From IMG/VR virus record IMGVR_UViG_3300031992_000091, positions 1,086 through 65,085 of that record: a DNA stretch of 64,000 nt. One strand, written 5' to 3'. Under the pieces are notes generated by a model. That model was not told the origin of the DNA. It did no database searches and saw only the letters and a list, made by a program, of their open reading frames with translations. Both the position numbers and the translations under genes were made by a program. Below are positions 28,231 through 38,107 of this stretch, one piece after another. The DNA comes from a virus (lineage: Duplodnaviria > Caudoviricetes). Each line of letters starts with the position of its first letter. Position 1 is the first letter of the stretch.

Positions 28231-29375
28231 TCATCCTCTAATCAGCTGCATGGCTGCACTATTCTTCAAAGCTTTTGTCTGTGCCGCAAGCTTCTCGGTA
28301 CGAAGAATCAAATCGCCGTTGTTAATCATCTGTTTTGCGATATCAACAATCAGCTGACTCTCTTCGTTTTCAATCTGCCTTTCTTCCGGCGTAAGATCCT
28401 TACGAAGTGTTACTGTAATCCTTTGACCCAAAATATCCTGTAATTCGAGAAGTGTCATATTATCTCCTTTCATAGAAACACATGATCGTACAAATCTACG
28501 GCAACATCATAGGCGACCCGGAACATCATCCCAGATCGCCTGTCAAACATCTTAATAAATTCTGAAACAACAAGAGCCGGATCAGCATCGGTGTTTTCAA
28601 CCTCCTTTATCAAATATAGCACTGTTGTCCGGCTCCACGAATTGTTAGCAATAAGGTCTTTACTATCAACATGTAATGGATCAGGTAGGCCTGCCAAATA
28701 TATACGCATCCGCTTAATAACAAATGCTTTATTCGTCATTCTCCTGTTCATTTTTACTCTCTCGGATCTTGTCAAAGATCTTCTCAGACAGCTCTCTGCC
28801 ATAAACCAGATACATGTTGTCGGTTCGATCTGTATCACCATCGTGGAAGCATACGCTGCCATCCTGATCAGCGTTGTCGGCAATATAGTTCCATTCAGAC
28901 TGCAGGCCTTCTCGATAGTTGAAATATCCGTACATAGCCGTTCCGAGTCCGTACATAATCAGACCAGCACCTTTCATGATTTTGATCGCGGTGTTTTTAC
29001 TGATCTTAAGCTTTTTCATTCTCATCCTCCTTATAGTCCTCATGCAACGCATACGCATCTGCCATAGCTTTTACACCGGCGTCGAATCCCTCTTGATAAC
29101 CTTCTGCGTGTGCTGATCCGGCAAACAGTCCTACACCCACGGCATATGTCACAAGTGAGGCGATTTCTGCGATCCTGAGTTTTCTAATACGTGTCATTTT
29201 TACTTTCTTGATCTTAGGCAGTTTCACTTTCATCGTTATCCTCCTCATACATGATTCTTTTTACTCGCTCATCCAGATCTTCGTCATTTTTCATACCTGC
29301 GATGAGACTCACTACGGTTGCAATTCCACAGATGATTTCTGCTCCGAGTTCGATTGCACCCCATTTCTTTGCCAT
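28231..29375 (-). CDS. Five small hypothetical genes (28231-28458, 28470-28751, 28729-29019, 29006-29233, 29214-29375); the last three carry a hydrophobic helix
   Basis: Overlapping co-oriented ORFs with AGGAG RBSs; starts refined by hand. Confidence 0.6.
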
Positions 29376-29413
29376 TGGTTGCTCCTTTCTGAAAAATATA
29401 AGTGAACGAAAAA

Positions 29414-29471
29414 GAGAAACAGCAACAATCGATTTCTCGATCTAGCCGCAAATAAGCCGTCGCTGTCTCTC
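29414..29471 (-). ncRNA. 58-nt structured RNA (three-way junction)
   Basis: 13-bp closing stem GAGAGACAGCGAC/GTTGCTGTTTCTC and an internal GATCGA-GAAA-TCGATT tetraloop hairpin. Starts at promoter P12 and is followed by T5. Confidence 0.5.
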
Positions 29472-29496
29472 CACAATACCGTTTGTAAATTTTGCG
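29471..29496 (-). promoter_or_regulatory. Phage promoter motif P12
   Basis: CGCAAAATTTACAAACGGTATTGTGG (TTGT variant). Confidence 0.7.
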
Positions 29497-29499
29497 AAC

Positions 29500-29799
29500 T
29501 CAGCCGACAATGTCGTAAGCTGTGAGTTTCAAATATACCATTTTCAGGTCTGTCGGATTGTTGATTATTTTTATGTCGATATGGTGCCCTTTCTGCAGAT
29601 CCCATCCCCATCGATAAGAATATCTATTGCGAGTGCTATAAGATAACGATCTAAGGACTTCATTAAGCGATATGGTGCCGTGCAACTTAAGCAGATCATT
29701 AACATAGATGGTACGGCAATGAATTGTCATCGTTTCAACGTCTTTGTCATGTTTAAAGTCGGCTTCGTACGGAACACAAATTGTAAACTTCTTATTCAT
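29500..29799 (-). CDS. Stand-alone DUF6353-C-terminal-like domain protein
   Basis: GTISLNEVLRSL...WGW. Confidence 0.5.
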   Translation of the reverse strand: MNKKFTICVPYEADFKHDKDVETMTIHCRTIYVNDLLKLHGTISLNEVLRSLSYSTRNRYSYRWGWDLQKGHHIDIKIINNPTDLKMVYLKLTAYDIVG

Positions 29800-30581
29800 T
29801 TTATCCTCCTCACAACGTCACCCAGATCGGTCTCGACCCACTTCCAAGTTTTTGTTTTTCTGTCAAACTTTTCTCCAAATATATGGTGGTATTTTCCGTC
29901 AGTTCCAATCATAGAGACTGTACATGCATATATGGGTTTTGACGCTTTACCTGGGGCCTCGCGCTTCTTAGCATAAGGCAGATCCACGCACAGACACTGA
30001 ATATAACGCTCATTATCGCATTTCTTAGTATTTGCATACCAGTTCCAGTGATCAGAAATCCTGAAAGAATTTGCCGGTTTACCATAATACGTAATTTGAT
30101 CCTCGGTGCCGGTTGGTACCAAATATAAGCTAGAATCGTTGTTGGAAGAGCCAACTACTGTGTAATTTTGAAGTTCGTTGGAAAGTTCTTCGAAAAATGC
30201 CAGGCAAAGCGCCATCATACCTTTCTTATCCATTTTATCCTCCTTATCCGTATTGGAAAAACAGAAGGACTCGCTGTAAATATCACAGTGAGCCCCTCGC
30301 TCAGAAACTTACTTTTCTTCAGGTTTGGTTGCTTTCGTATTAAGTCCTTTAACGCCGAGTCTAACGCGGAGTTCTACAAACTGCTCCGTCGTACAGAACA
30401 ACGTAGCGTTATAGAGTATCTGCTTGACCCCGTTCACCTCGTCAACGTGCTCGTGTAATTTCACGTCTCCATTAACTGCGAACAGATCAGGCAGTGCCCC
30501 ATTCAGATCGCTGTCCTGAATGTTGTACACAGTTTGATACTCGCATTTCTCTTTGCTCAGAAACTCTTTAATCTTACTCAT
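29796..30581 (-). CDS. Two hypothetical cassette genes (29796-30233; 30309-30581)
   Basis: Identical AGGAGGATAAAATG start contexts; hairpin terminator between them. Confidence 0.65.
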
Positions 30582-30614
30582 TTTATCCTCCTTTTTTTAA
30601 AAAGTTATTGGTTT

Positions 30615-30640
30615 CTATAATGCCGTATGTAAATTCTGCG
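30615..30640 (-). promoter_or_regulatory. Phage promoter motif P13
   Basis: CGCAGAATTTACATACGGCATTATAG. Confidence 0.8.
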
Positions 30641-30705
30641 GAGAAAAAGAGGAGACCCTGCAAATATCGCAAAGTCTCCAAGTTTGTAATTCAGACCGAC
30701 GTCAT

Positions 30706-30907
30706 TTACTTCTTGTTAGATTTGTTCCAATCCGACAAGATGCAAACTACGGCGATTCCGATTACTAAAATCGTAAATCCTCCTAATTCCATCCGTCTCC
30801 TCCTTTCAGAATCTTCTCAACAGTAACGCCAGGGCAATAATGCCCACCAACACTATATGCATCAATTGCGGCTGACTAGTCGCAACATACATATCTACAG
30901 GTGTCAT
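30706..30907 (-). CDS. Two micro membrane peptides (30706-30792, 28 aa; 30806-30907, 33 aa)
   Basis: MELGGFTILVIGIAVVCILSDWNKSNKK and MTPVEMYVATSQPQLMHIVLVGIIALALLLRRF; AAAGGAG RBSs; promoter P14. Confidence 0.55.
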
Positions 30908-30937
30908 TTCATACTCCTTTCACTACTATGAACAGTT

Positions 30938-30963
30938 CCATAATGGTGAATGTAAATCGTGCG
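30938..30963 (-). promoter_or_regulatory. Phage promoter motif P14
   Basis: CGCACGATTTACATTCACCATTATGG. Confidence 0.75.
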
Positions 30964-31009
30964 AAAAAGAAAGAGCCCTGCAAATTTTGCCGAGCTCCTT
31001 CGGTGAAGA

Positions 31010-32828
31010 TCACATCAGATCTTTTACGATCCTTTCAAGTTCTTCCTTAGACATCTTTACAGTCATATCGAGATGGAGCGTTACTCCTTCTTCAGAGTCC
31101 TCGATTGCAAGATCGTTGATACCCAAGTCAGCTTTGATACCAGCCTTCTTGGTAACACCGAATGCAATCGCCTTTGATAAAAGGGTCTTCATCCATCCTG
31201 TATTCAATAAAAATCTCATAATTATCCTCCTTTTATTGGAAAATTTATTAGAAAATAGATGTTTCTTCTTCATAATATGACCTGTAATTTTCGCGCTCTA
31301 AATGGGGCAATGATCAAAGCAAGTTTCCCAGGGTTTTCGTTTAAGCGGTTTCATCTTCAATGCCCACATAATCTGTCTGATAGTTACCGTTGGATAGCAT
31401 CCGTTTTTGCAAGGTCCTGCCATCTTTTTGAAGTATTCGAGGAATCCGGGATGTAAATATAAGTCGTTTCTTAAATTGTCGTCTATGGCATTCCACCAAG
31501 TTGATTTCCTATCTTCTCTGTATCTCTGCTGTATTACCGCCAGACCTAAATCACCAATCTTATACAGCGTGCAGGCGTAATACACAGGATGGTCACAAAT
31601 ATAAGTCTCACCATACATCGGGACAGAGATGTCAGGTTTCTCATAGTGGTATCTCATATATACTCCTTTGCGAAAAACAAAAAGCCCTGCAAATATCGCT
31701 TAGATACTTACAGGGCCGGTTGTCGAGTTACCAGAAGCTTAATACTTATTAAAGTCTATAAACTTCTGGACACCTCTGATGAGATTTTTCGCCGTACCAG
31801 AAGCGATCACGCCTCCACTTTCAAGCACCGCCGACCACTTGCCGACAATTACAAAGGTTCCGATCTTGACTGCGTTGGTTGCAACGTCGGCCAAGAGTTT
31901 CGTTTTAAATTCTTTGTGTTGCTGTGCCATCTGCTGCTTACGGAGTTCGTTATCTGCCTGACGCTTCTCGATTTCCTCGATCCGTCTTTGATAGGCGTCC
32001 TCGTACTCGTCATCAGCTTTGGCCTGCTCCATTCTGATTCGATACATCTTGGTCATGTTGTCCACGCATTCAGCGTACTCCTTCGAGTCTTTCGGAAGAG
32101 TGTCCAAATGCTCGAGCGAAGCCGCTACAGCTTTGTCGTACAGCGCTCTGATCTCCTCATTCGCATTTTCCATAAGTTACTCCTTTCATAAATATAAAGA
32201 TTTTCGGTTACTCATAATGGAGCTTGCACATTTCGCGTTTTGACACGAAACATGACCTCAGAATTCTTTGCCAGTTCCTCGGGGGTTAACTCTGTATCAA
32301 GAAACAAATATGCTTCTCCGTCCTGCGTATAGATCAGAATAGTTCCTGCTGTATCAATTGATTTGACCGAATGCACAGTTTCTTCGTATCCTATGTGCAA
32401 CCACACTCCGACCAAAACGCCCACAAGAGCAACAAAAATAAAACACAATGTATCAATTACCATCCATAAATACCTCCTTAAAATGAATTTCTGATTTTCC
32501 CATCCGGAAATTTTTTGGATTCGAAAAAGAAAAACAGCCTTGCAGATATTGTTTTCAAATATCATACAAAGCTGTTCGTCTTTCAGAATACAACCGCTTC
32601 CCTAACGGGGAGCAGGGTCAATGCTTCCATGGTTCTACGGTCGCCGTAAATCATCGGTGTCCATCGACCAGTGATCGTGTACTCGTATTCGCCAGTGTAA
32701 ACTACCTGGTCGGCTACTAATCCAAGCCTTCCAAGAGCAACACCCATGTCATGAGCATAGTCCTGATCAACGACAACCTTAAAGTTTTTAGGTTTCCGTT
32801 TAAACCATTTTAATCCTTTTATTCCCAT
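31010..32828 (-). CDS. Five cassette genes (31010-31219, 31298-31657, 31739-32173, 32212-32463, 32583-32828), all hypothetical
   Basis: Each has an AGGAG RBS; most have a promoter motif upstream and a hairpin terminator downstream. Confidence 0.7.
31270..31295 (-). promoter_or_regulatory. Phage promoter motif P15
   Basis: CGCGAAAATTACAGGTCATATTATGA. Confidence 0.75.
32212..32237 (-). promoter_or_regulatory. Phage promoter motif P16
   Basis: CGCGAAATGTGCAAGCTCCATTATGA. Confidence 0.7.
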
Positions 32829-32859
32829 ATCGTCCTCCTTTTGAAAATAGGGTTTATTC

Positions 32860-32887
32860 CTATAATAGAGGATGTAAATTTGGTGCG
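32860..32887 (-). promoter_or_regulatory. Phage promoter motif P17 (+2 nt spacer variant)
   Basis: CGCACCAAATTTACATCCTCTATTATAG. Confidence 0.65.
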
Positions 32888-32935
32888 AAAAAATTAAGGC
32901 TCATTGTCGATTTTACGACAGTCTCGCCATCCTAT

Positions 32936-33017
32936 GAAAAGGTCAACGGAATCGAACCGTCCACTAGTAAACTAGTCGCGCCCTCATTTTAACAATGCTC
33001 CATACGCTTTCCTTCTC
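32936..33017 (-). ncRNA. Second tRNA-like RNA (~82 nt)
   Basis: Closing stem GAGAAGG/CCTTTTC, T-arm GACGG-TTCGATT-CCGTT, and two further arms (ACTAG-TTTA-CTAGT; GCGT..CATT-GTTAA-AATG..GCGC). Lies downstream of promoter variant P18. Confidence 0.55.
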
Positions 33018-33041
33018 ACATAAGCAGCTGTAAAATGCGCG
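33017..33041 (-). promoter_or_regulatory. Phage promoter motif P18 (short-spacer variant)
   Basis: CGCGCATTTTACAGCTGCTTATGTG. Confidence 0.55.
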
Positions 33042-33061
33042 CAAAAAAAAAGAAGCCCGTG

Positions 33062-33217
33062 TTAACGAGCCTCCTTTCCGTTCTTATAATCATCATAAAC
33101 CTTTGTCATTGTCTCTACCATTTTTTCACCAGGTTTCAACATAAACTTCGGCAGCTCAATGCTGTCCGCATTCATAACTACGGTCACAATTGCTGCACTA
33201 ACCAATGTTGTTAACAT
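33062..33217 (-). CDS. 51-aa cassette gene with a hydrophobic N-terminus
   Basis: MLTTLVSAAIVTVVMNADSIELPKF...; AAAGGAGG RBS; promoter P19. Confidence 0.55.
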   Translation of the reverse strand: MLTTLVSAAIVTVVMNADSIELPKFMLKPGEKMVETMTKVYDDYKNGKEAR

Positions 33218-33268
33218 AATAAAAATCCTCCTTTAACAATAAAAATAAGTTTTTAATGGTTATCTTTC

Positions 33269-33294
33269 TCATAATAGAGTGTGTAAATTTCGCG
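33269..33294 (-). promoter_or_regulatory. Phage promoter motif P19
   Basis: CGCGAAATTTACACACTCTATTATGA. Confidence 0.8.
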
Positions 33295-33307
33295 CAAAAA
33301 AAAAAAA

Positions 33308-33399
33308 AAGAAGGCCTGATGGGAGGGTCTCACTCCATCAGGAAGGTAGTGTCTTTCAACATACTACTATTCCTACAAGCCTCACTTACTTCCTTCTTC
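33308..33399 (-). ncRNA. ~92-nt structured RNA
   Basis: Closing AAGAAGG/CCTTCTT; GTAG..TGTT-GAAA-GACA-CTAC; CCTGATGG..TGAGACC..CCATCAGG. Starts at promoter P20 and ends in a long T-tract; no ORF. Confidence 0.5.
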
Positions 33400-33423
33400 A
33401 TAATACTCTTTGTAAATTTAGCG
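33398..33423 (-). promoter_or_regulatory. Phage promoter motif P20
   Basis: CGCTAAATTTACAAAGAGTATTATGA. Confidence 0.75.
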
Positions 33424-33840
33424 CACTCCACTAAGCACGAAATAGAACTTCCGCCTCCTGTCGTAAAACATGTCTCGTTCACATGGTATACCATACAGAG
33501 ACTTCAGCACCACAAATGTAGTTCCCTCGGTAACAGCTTTGAGAATATAACTGTAAAGCTCTGGATCGGCGGCCATAGCAGACTGCTCAACCATACGCAT
33601 GTAGTCGCTCAACAGTTTCCTCTGAATAGCAATCTCTGCAGTCCGATCGGCTATCTTGGAGGCATTCACTCGCAAAATATCAGTCCCACGAGAAGCCAGA
33701 CCTACCGATCCATCAAGTTCTGCTAACTTCCGTTTCCACTCAGGATACTGCAGAGCAAAATATCTCAGCTCCAGGTATCTATATTTTGGAAGCCACCATT
33801 TGTTAGTTTTAGACAGTTCCTTAGACAAAAAATCACCCAT
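33418..33840 (-). CDS. Putative transcription regulator (ArpU/RinA-like helical protein)
   Basis: Size, C-terminal HTH-like segment (FVVLKSLYGIPCERDMFYDRRRKF) and position ahead of the cassette array. The family call is weak. Confidence 0.4.
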   Translation of the reverse strand: MGDFLSKELSKTNKWWLPKYRYLELRYFALQYPEWKRKLAELDGSVGLASRGTDILRVNASKIADRTAEIAIQRKLLSDYMRMVEQSAMAADPELYSYILKAVTEGTTFVVLKSLYGIPCERDMFYDRRRKFYFVLSGVR

Positions 33841-33919
33841 GTCAGGTCCTCCTTTTGCTGGAGTTTAAACCTGTACATGGGTGCATGAGTACGGTAATTA
33901 TTGTTGGGGCGAACTACCT

Positions 33920-34100
33920 AATTTTCTACACAATTTTTACACAAATATAAGTCTGAAATAGGCTCAAATCACGACCTGAGACCCGCATAAAACCTTACTC
34001 GGACACCTCAGCGTATTACAATGCCTAATTTCATTTCAGTCTATTCTCCTTTAAATATAAGTCTCTCGGATAACTCTACACAGATTTTACACAAGATTCG
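33920..34100. other. Probable attP
   Basis: Tandem TACACA arm-type repeats on both sides (33924-33946 and 34076-34097). They flank a minus-strand RBS + ATGAAATTAGGCATTGTA (MKLGIV, 34017-34034). The site is directly downstream of the integrase. Confidence 0.6.
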
Positions 34101-35236
34101 AACAACTCAACCCCCGCACGCAGGCTCTCGTCCGTGACGTGTACGTACCTGTCCATGGTAGTCTTAATGCTGGCGTGACCCAGGAGCTTCTGTAAGGTCT
34201 TTGGCGGCATACCTCGCTCGATTGCTCTGGTAGCATATGTGTGTCTGAGAGCGTGCATACAGAACCTCTTAATCCCAGCCTCGTCGCAAAGCTTATACAG
34301 ATGCGTGTCATACGAACTGTTCTTTGCAGGCATACCAGTACGCCAGTTCACAAATATAAGTTCTTTCATGTTAAACGACTTGAGTGTGCCTGAGCGCCGA
34401 TCGAGATAGCTCAACGTCTGATCCAGCTTTGGTGATTCTTTCCGTTCTGAATCTCTAACCTCTTGCAAAATATCATACGCCATGGACGTGAGTGGTATAG
34501 TCCTGTAGCTTGACTGAGTCTTTGTCGGACCAGCTCTCCAGACACCGGAAGAATATCGGTATTCCAGAGTCTTGGTAATCGAGAGTGTGTGCTTCTCCCA
34601 GTCTACACAGTCCCAGGTAAGTCCGATAAGCTCGCCTGTACGGAGTCCTGTCTCAAGAATCAGAGTGTACTGTCTGTAGTTGTGTGATCTCTTTGCTGCT
34701 TCAAGAAATCTGGTCTGTTCTTCGATTGTGAGGAAGTGAATATCATCCGGAGACTTCCTCGGTTTGTTTACTTTGATACCTGTGAGAGGATGCTTGTCGA
34801 TCAGATCGTTGTTCAGAGCGGCTTTGAATAGAGTACCCATGGTAATGTAGGTCTGAACGATTGAGCTGGTTGCGTACTGCGGTTCCATCTGATTCAGAAC
34901 CTGCTTGCAGTGCATCGGCTTGAGTTCAGCCAGGTAAATATCACCGATGTACGGACCTACGTTGTAGTGGTAACGCTCTGCGTAGTTTCGTCTGGTATTA
35001 GGAGCCAGGTCGCTGATCAGATTGGTCATCCAGTATTGATACCATTGGTCAACAGTCATTCCTCGTTTTGACTTCGGTTTCTTGTCGAGCTCTTTTAACC
35101 ATGCCTTAGCCTCTTTAACAGTCTTGAAGTAAGAGCCGAAACTCTGTCCGTGCTGTGTGCATCTGGCAAAATATAACCCGTCTTTCCTCTGACAGACACC
35201 TTTTCCAAGTTCCTTTCCTTTTAAATCTTTTCCCAA
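34076..35236 (-). CDS. int: Tyrosine integrase
   Basis: [27 protein letters not shown]. Start reassigned to the TTG after AAGGAGG ([13 protein letters not shown]...). Confidence 0.95.
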   Translation of the reverse strand: MGKDLKGKELGKGVCQRKDGLYFARCTQHGQSFGSYFKTVKEAKAWLKELDKKPKSKRGMTVDQWYQYWMTNLISDLAPNTRRNYAERYHYNVGPYIGDIYLAELKPMHCKQVLNQMEPQYATSSIVQTYITMGTLFKAALNNDLIDKHPLTGIKVNKPRKSPDDIHFLTIEEQTRFLEAAKRSHNYRQYTLILETGLRTGELIGLTWDCVDWEKHTLSITKTLEYRYSSGVWRAGPTKTQSSYRTIPLTSMAYDILQEVRDSERKESPKLDQTLSYLDRRSGTLKSFNMKELIFVNWRTGMPAKNSSYDTHLYKLCDEAGIKRFCMHALRHTYATRAIERGMPPKTLQKLLGHASIKTTMDRYVHVTDESLRAGVELFESCVKSV

Positions 35237-35269
35237 CGGACACCTCCTTGATAGAGTCCGCCCCGAGCC

Positions 35270-35278
35270 AGTATAGCA
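35270..35278 (-). promoter_or_regulatory. Extended -10 host sigma-A promoter candidate for the integrase
   Basis: TGCTATACT immediately after the terminator at ~35290-35335. Confidence 0.4.
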
Positions 35279-35360
35279 CGGCGGGCGAAAAAATAAAAGG
35301 GACAGTAAACCTTGCGGCAAACCATCCCTTTCATATGACTCTACCACTATACATGAGTAT

Positions 35361-38107
35361 TTAGGTGGTTGGGTCTGGCGTATGAATATAACACCCGTTT
35401 TTAATCGGGTTGCACTGGCTGCTGAACAGTATTGCACCATGCTCAGCGTATGTAGATACTGCTGCACGGCTCATGACCTCATGATACTTGGACTCCCCTT
35501 TAAGACGGGCTTTCTCTTCGACCTCGTCGTAAAGCCAGAATACATCGTGTTCCAACTCGCCAGCAGCAGATTTCCGAACTTCCGTTACGTAGTATTGGTA
35601 CATGTGTTACTCCTTATGCGGTCTGCCTAATCGTTAATTGTGGTGCATAGACGTAATAACCAGACCGGCTTCTTCCATATACAGCCACTGTTGCATTTGC
35701 AGGAATCGCTACACCTGTGAGGTGATTATTCTGAACATGGTTTGTCCACGTTGTATTCTCACTTCCATATGCAGCGCCATTGATGTAAAGCTGAGACCCC
35801 CACGTTTGTGATGTGTTTGACCTTGCACAACTCCAGTAAACGTCATAAATTCCTGCTGTCTCACAAGTTAGCGAAGTGATTGAACCTAATGCCGTATTAT
35901 TCCGTCTTGTAGTCCCTTGTGCGACCTGTGTGTTCATTGACGCACCTGCGGGGGTGGGGACATTGACCGTTACACTGCTATATCCATCAGCGGAATCATC
36001 GGATGCGGAATACGTGCCGTTTGCTGTGATGGATTTGGTTATTAGTGTTGCGGACCCGCCACCACTTGAAGTTTGTTTTTCCAGTTTTAGCGTATGCGTT
36101 CCAGACGTTCTTGCTACTCCGTTTAGTGCCCCGCCACCATAGTTATACAAGCAGAAAGGCTCCCCTGTGCCATCATCCGTTCCGTCAGTAAGACCATGGT
36201 TGCCGATATACCACAACCATCCTTCGTGTATATTTGGGTAGCATGTATATTCTGTTCCGTCCCACGTTACTCGCCACGTTTCACCAGCAACAAAGTAAAG
36301 GCTTGATAATGACGGAATAGAAATCGTTTTGTCAGATGCTGCGGTTATGGAACCATCATAGTATGTTTCATAAGTTGCTCCGCCACCTGAAATCTGTGCT
36401 ATCAGGTCTGCCAAATCATCGCTGTTTGCTCCTGACGGGACAGACACTCCTTTTGCTCCGATTGCAGTTAATGCGGCTGATACATTATCACGTATTCTTA
36501 TAACCTGGCGTCCGGTTGGAGTGCTGTTTAAATATTCTTCTGTGCTTTCATAAGCAGGCAAAATATCACCTCCTTAAATCGCGGCAAGTGCAATCTCGAT
36601 GTCGTTGGTCAGGCTGACTGTTCCTCCGCTTGTGTGTCCTGCGGGAATACTGTATGAGGTAGTTGTCATACCGTCAATCGTGCCAGAAATCGCTCCATTT
36701 TCGGGCATAGAGCCTTCGATCTTGACTGCCGCTCCGTTGCTATTGGAATGTGCAGATGTTCCTGCAAGCAGATTCGCCGCTACTGCATCGTCCCCGGTAG
36801 TATCACCGTAATGTGCGGGAATAGCAGCGACCGTGACTTTACTCAGGACTTTACCTGCTGTGGGAGTGATATCCTGAGAGGATGCGGACGGAGTTGCGGT
36901 CTTTGTCTCCAGTACGATATTTACTGTACCAGAACCGTTGTGCTTACCTTCGGGGACGGTGTAACTCTGATTGTCTGTGGTAGCATCGAGGGTTTTGCTG
37001 ACCGACCCAACGTTTGGCATTGTACCAGGAACTACATTGCCCTCCGCGTCAACTATGATCTTATTGGCGAGTACATCTCCCGCCCCTGCATTGACAGACG
37101 ATACGTCCTGATATGCGTCAGGGATGGGAGCTACGGTTACGGCAGACAGACCGTAGTAGCCAGAATCGGGAGCGATGGATTGCTGTGATTTTGTGGGCGT
37201 TGCTGTCTTACTCTGCAGTGTGTAGTTACCGCCTCCAGACACGCCGGAAACCGTACCGGTACCGTCATGCAGTCCTGCGGGGATCGTGTATGTGTCACCT
37301 TCCTGTACAGTCGCAGTTACTCCGCCGCGGTTTACAATACCGTCAAAAGCATCCGCAAGAGCGGGAAGTTTGTCGGTGGATGTTCCGATACCGAGCTCTA
37401 CAGCTTTTGTGCGGAGTTTGTTTCGTGCCGTCTGTATTCTGGTAATTTCTGTTGCAATACTCATGCTTTTTCTCCTATATAGTCTGAAGTAATGCGGCAA
37501 TATTTCCAATTTCTGTATATACTGCTGCCGCGGAAATCGGGCGCGTATTGTCCTGTTCTACTGCATTGGCTTTTGCCACTGACAGCACGCCAGACTGCGT
37601 TATTTGCAAATCTTCTCCAACGATGATCCCACCGAGCGAAATTGTGGTAGCAGGACGCAGAACCGTCCCGCCCACAACTACCGTCTGCCCAAGTGCTCCA
37701 CTTGCTGTGATATCACCGGACAGGCTTGCTTTGGCAGTTATGTTGCCTGATAAATAGCCTTTTGCGGTAATGTCTTTAGCCATTTACATCACCTCATTTT
37801 TCTCCGTGTTTTCTACCCTGATTTTGTCGGGAATGCCATAAACTTTGTAGCGTTCGCCGTTTGCTACCACATGCATATCGAGTGAGAGCACCTCTCCTGC
37901 GGTAAAGGCAAGGGTCTCTTCTTGTGTCCAGTGATAGGCAAGCGTGTCTCCGCTGATAATCATGTCAGACAGTCCGAGTTCGATTTTCTCTGTTCTGCGC
38001 TTGATAATGAGCGAGACTGCGGAAATATCTGCTACAGAAAAATCGGCAATATCGGAGAAATCGACAATCAGTGACGGAGTCGTGCCTCTTACAATTACAT
38101 CTGCCAT
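35361..38107 (-). CDS. Accessory tail-fibre/adhesin-like gene cluster (35361-35603, 35614-36561, 36574-37464, 37475-37783, 37784-38107)
   Basis: G/T/S-rich beta-repeat proteins: three Y.IPAG.H.G.GTV-type repeats, [20 protein letters not shown]. The 37784 product is BppU-N-like. Confidence 0.55.

Noticed and set aside
9407-33423. TTTACA...TTAT read as ordinary sigma70 -35/-10 promoters
   Set aside because: The gap is only about 7 nt instead of 16-18, and an invariant CGC lies upstream.
2970-33423. CRISPR array or integron attC interpretation of the repeats
   Set aside because: The repeats are degenerate, non-palindromic and irregularly spaced around whole genes. There are no cas genes, no attC-like stem and no integron integrase signature.
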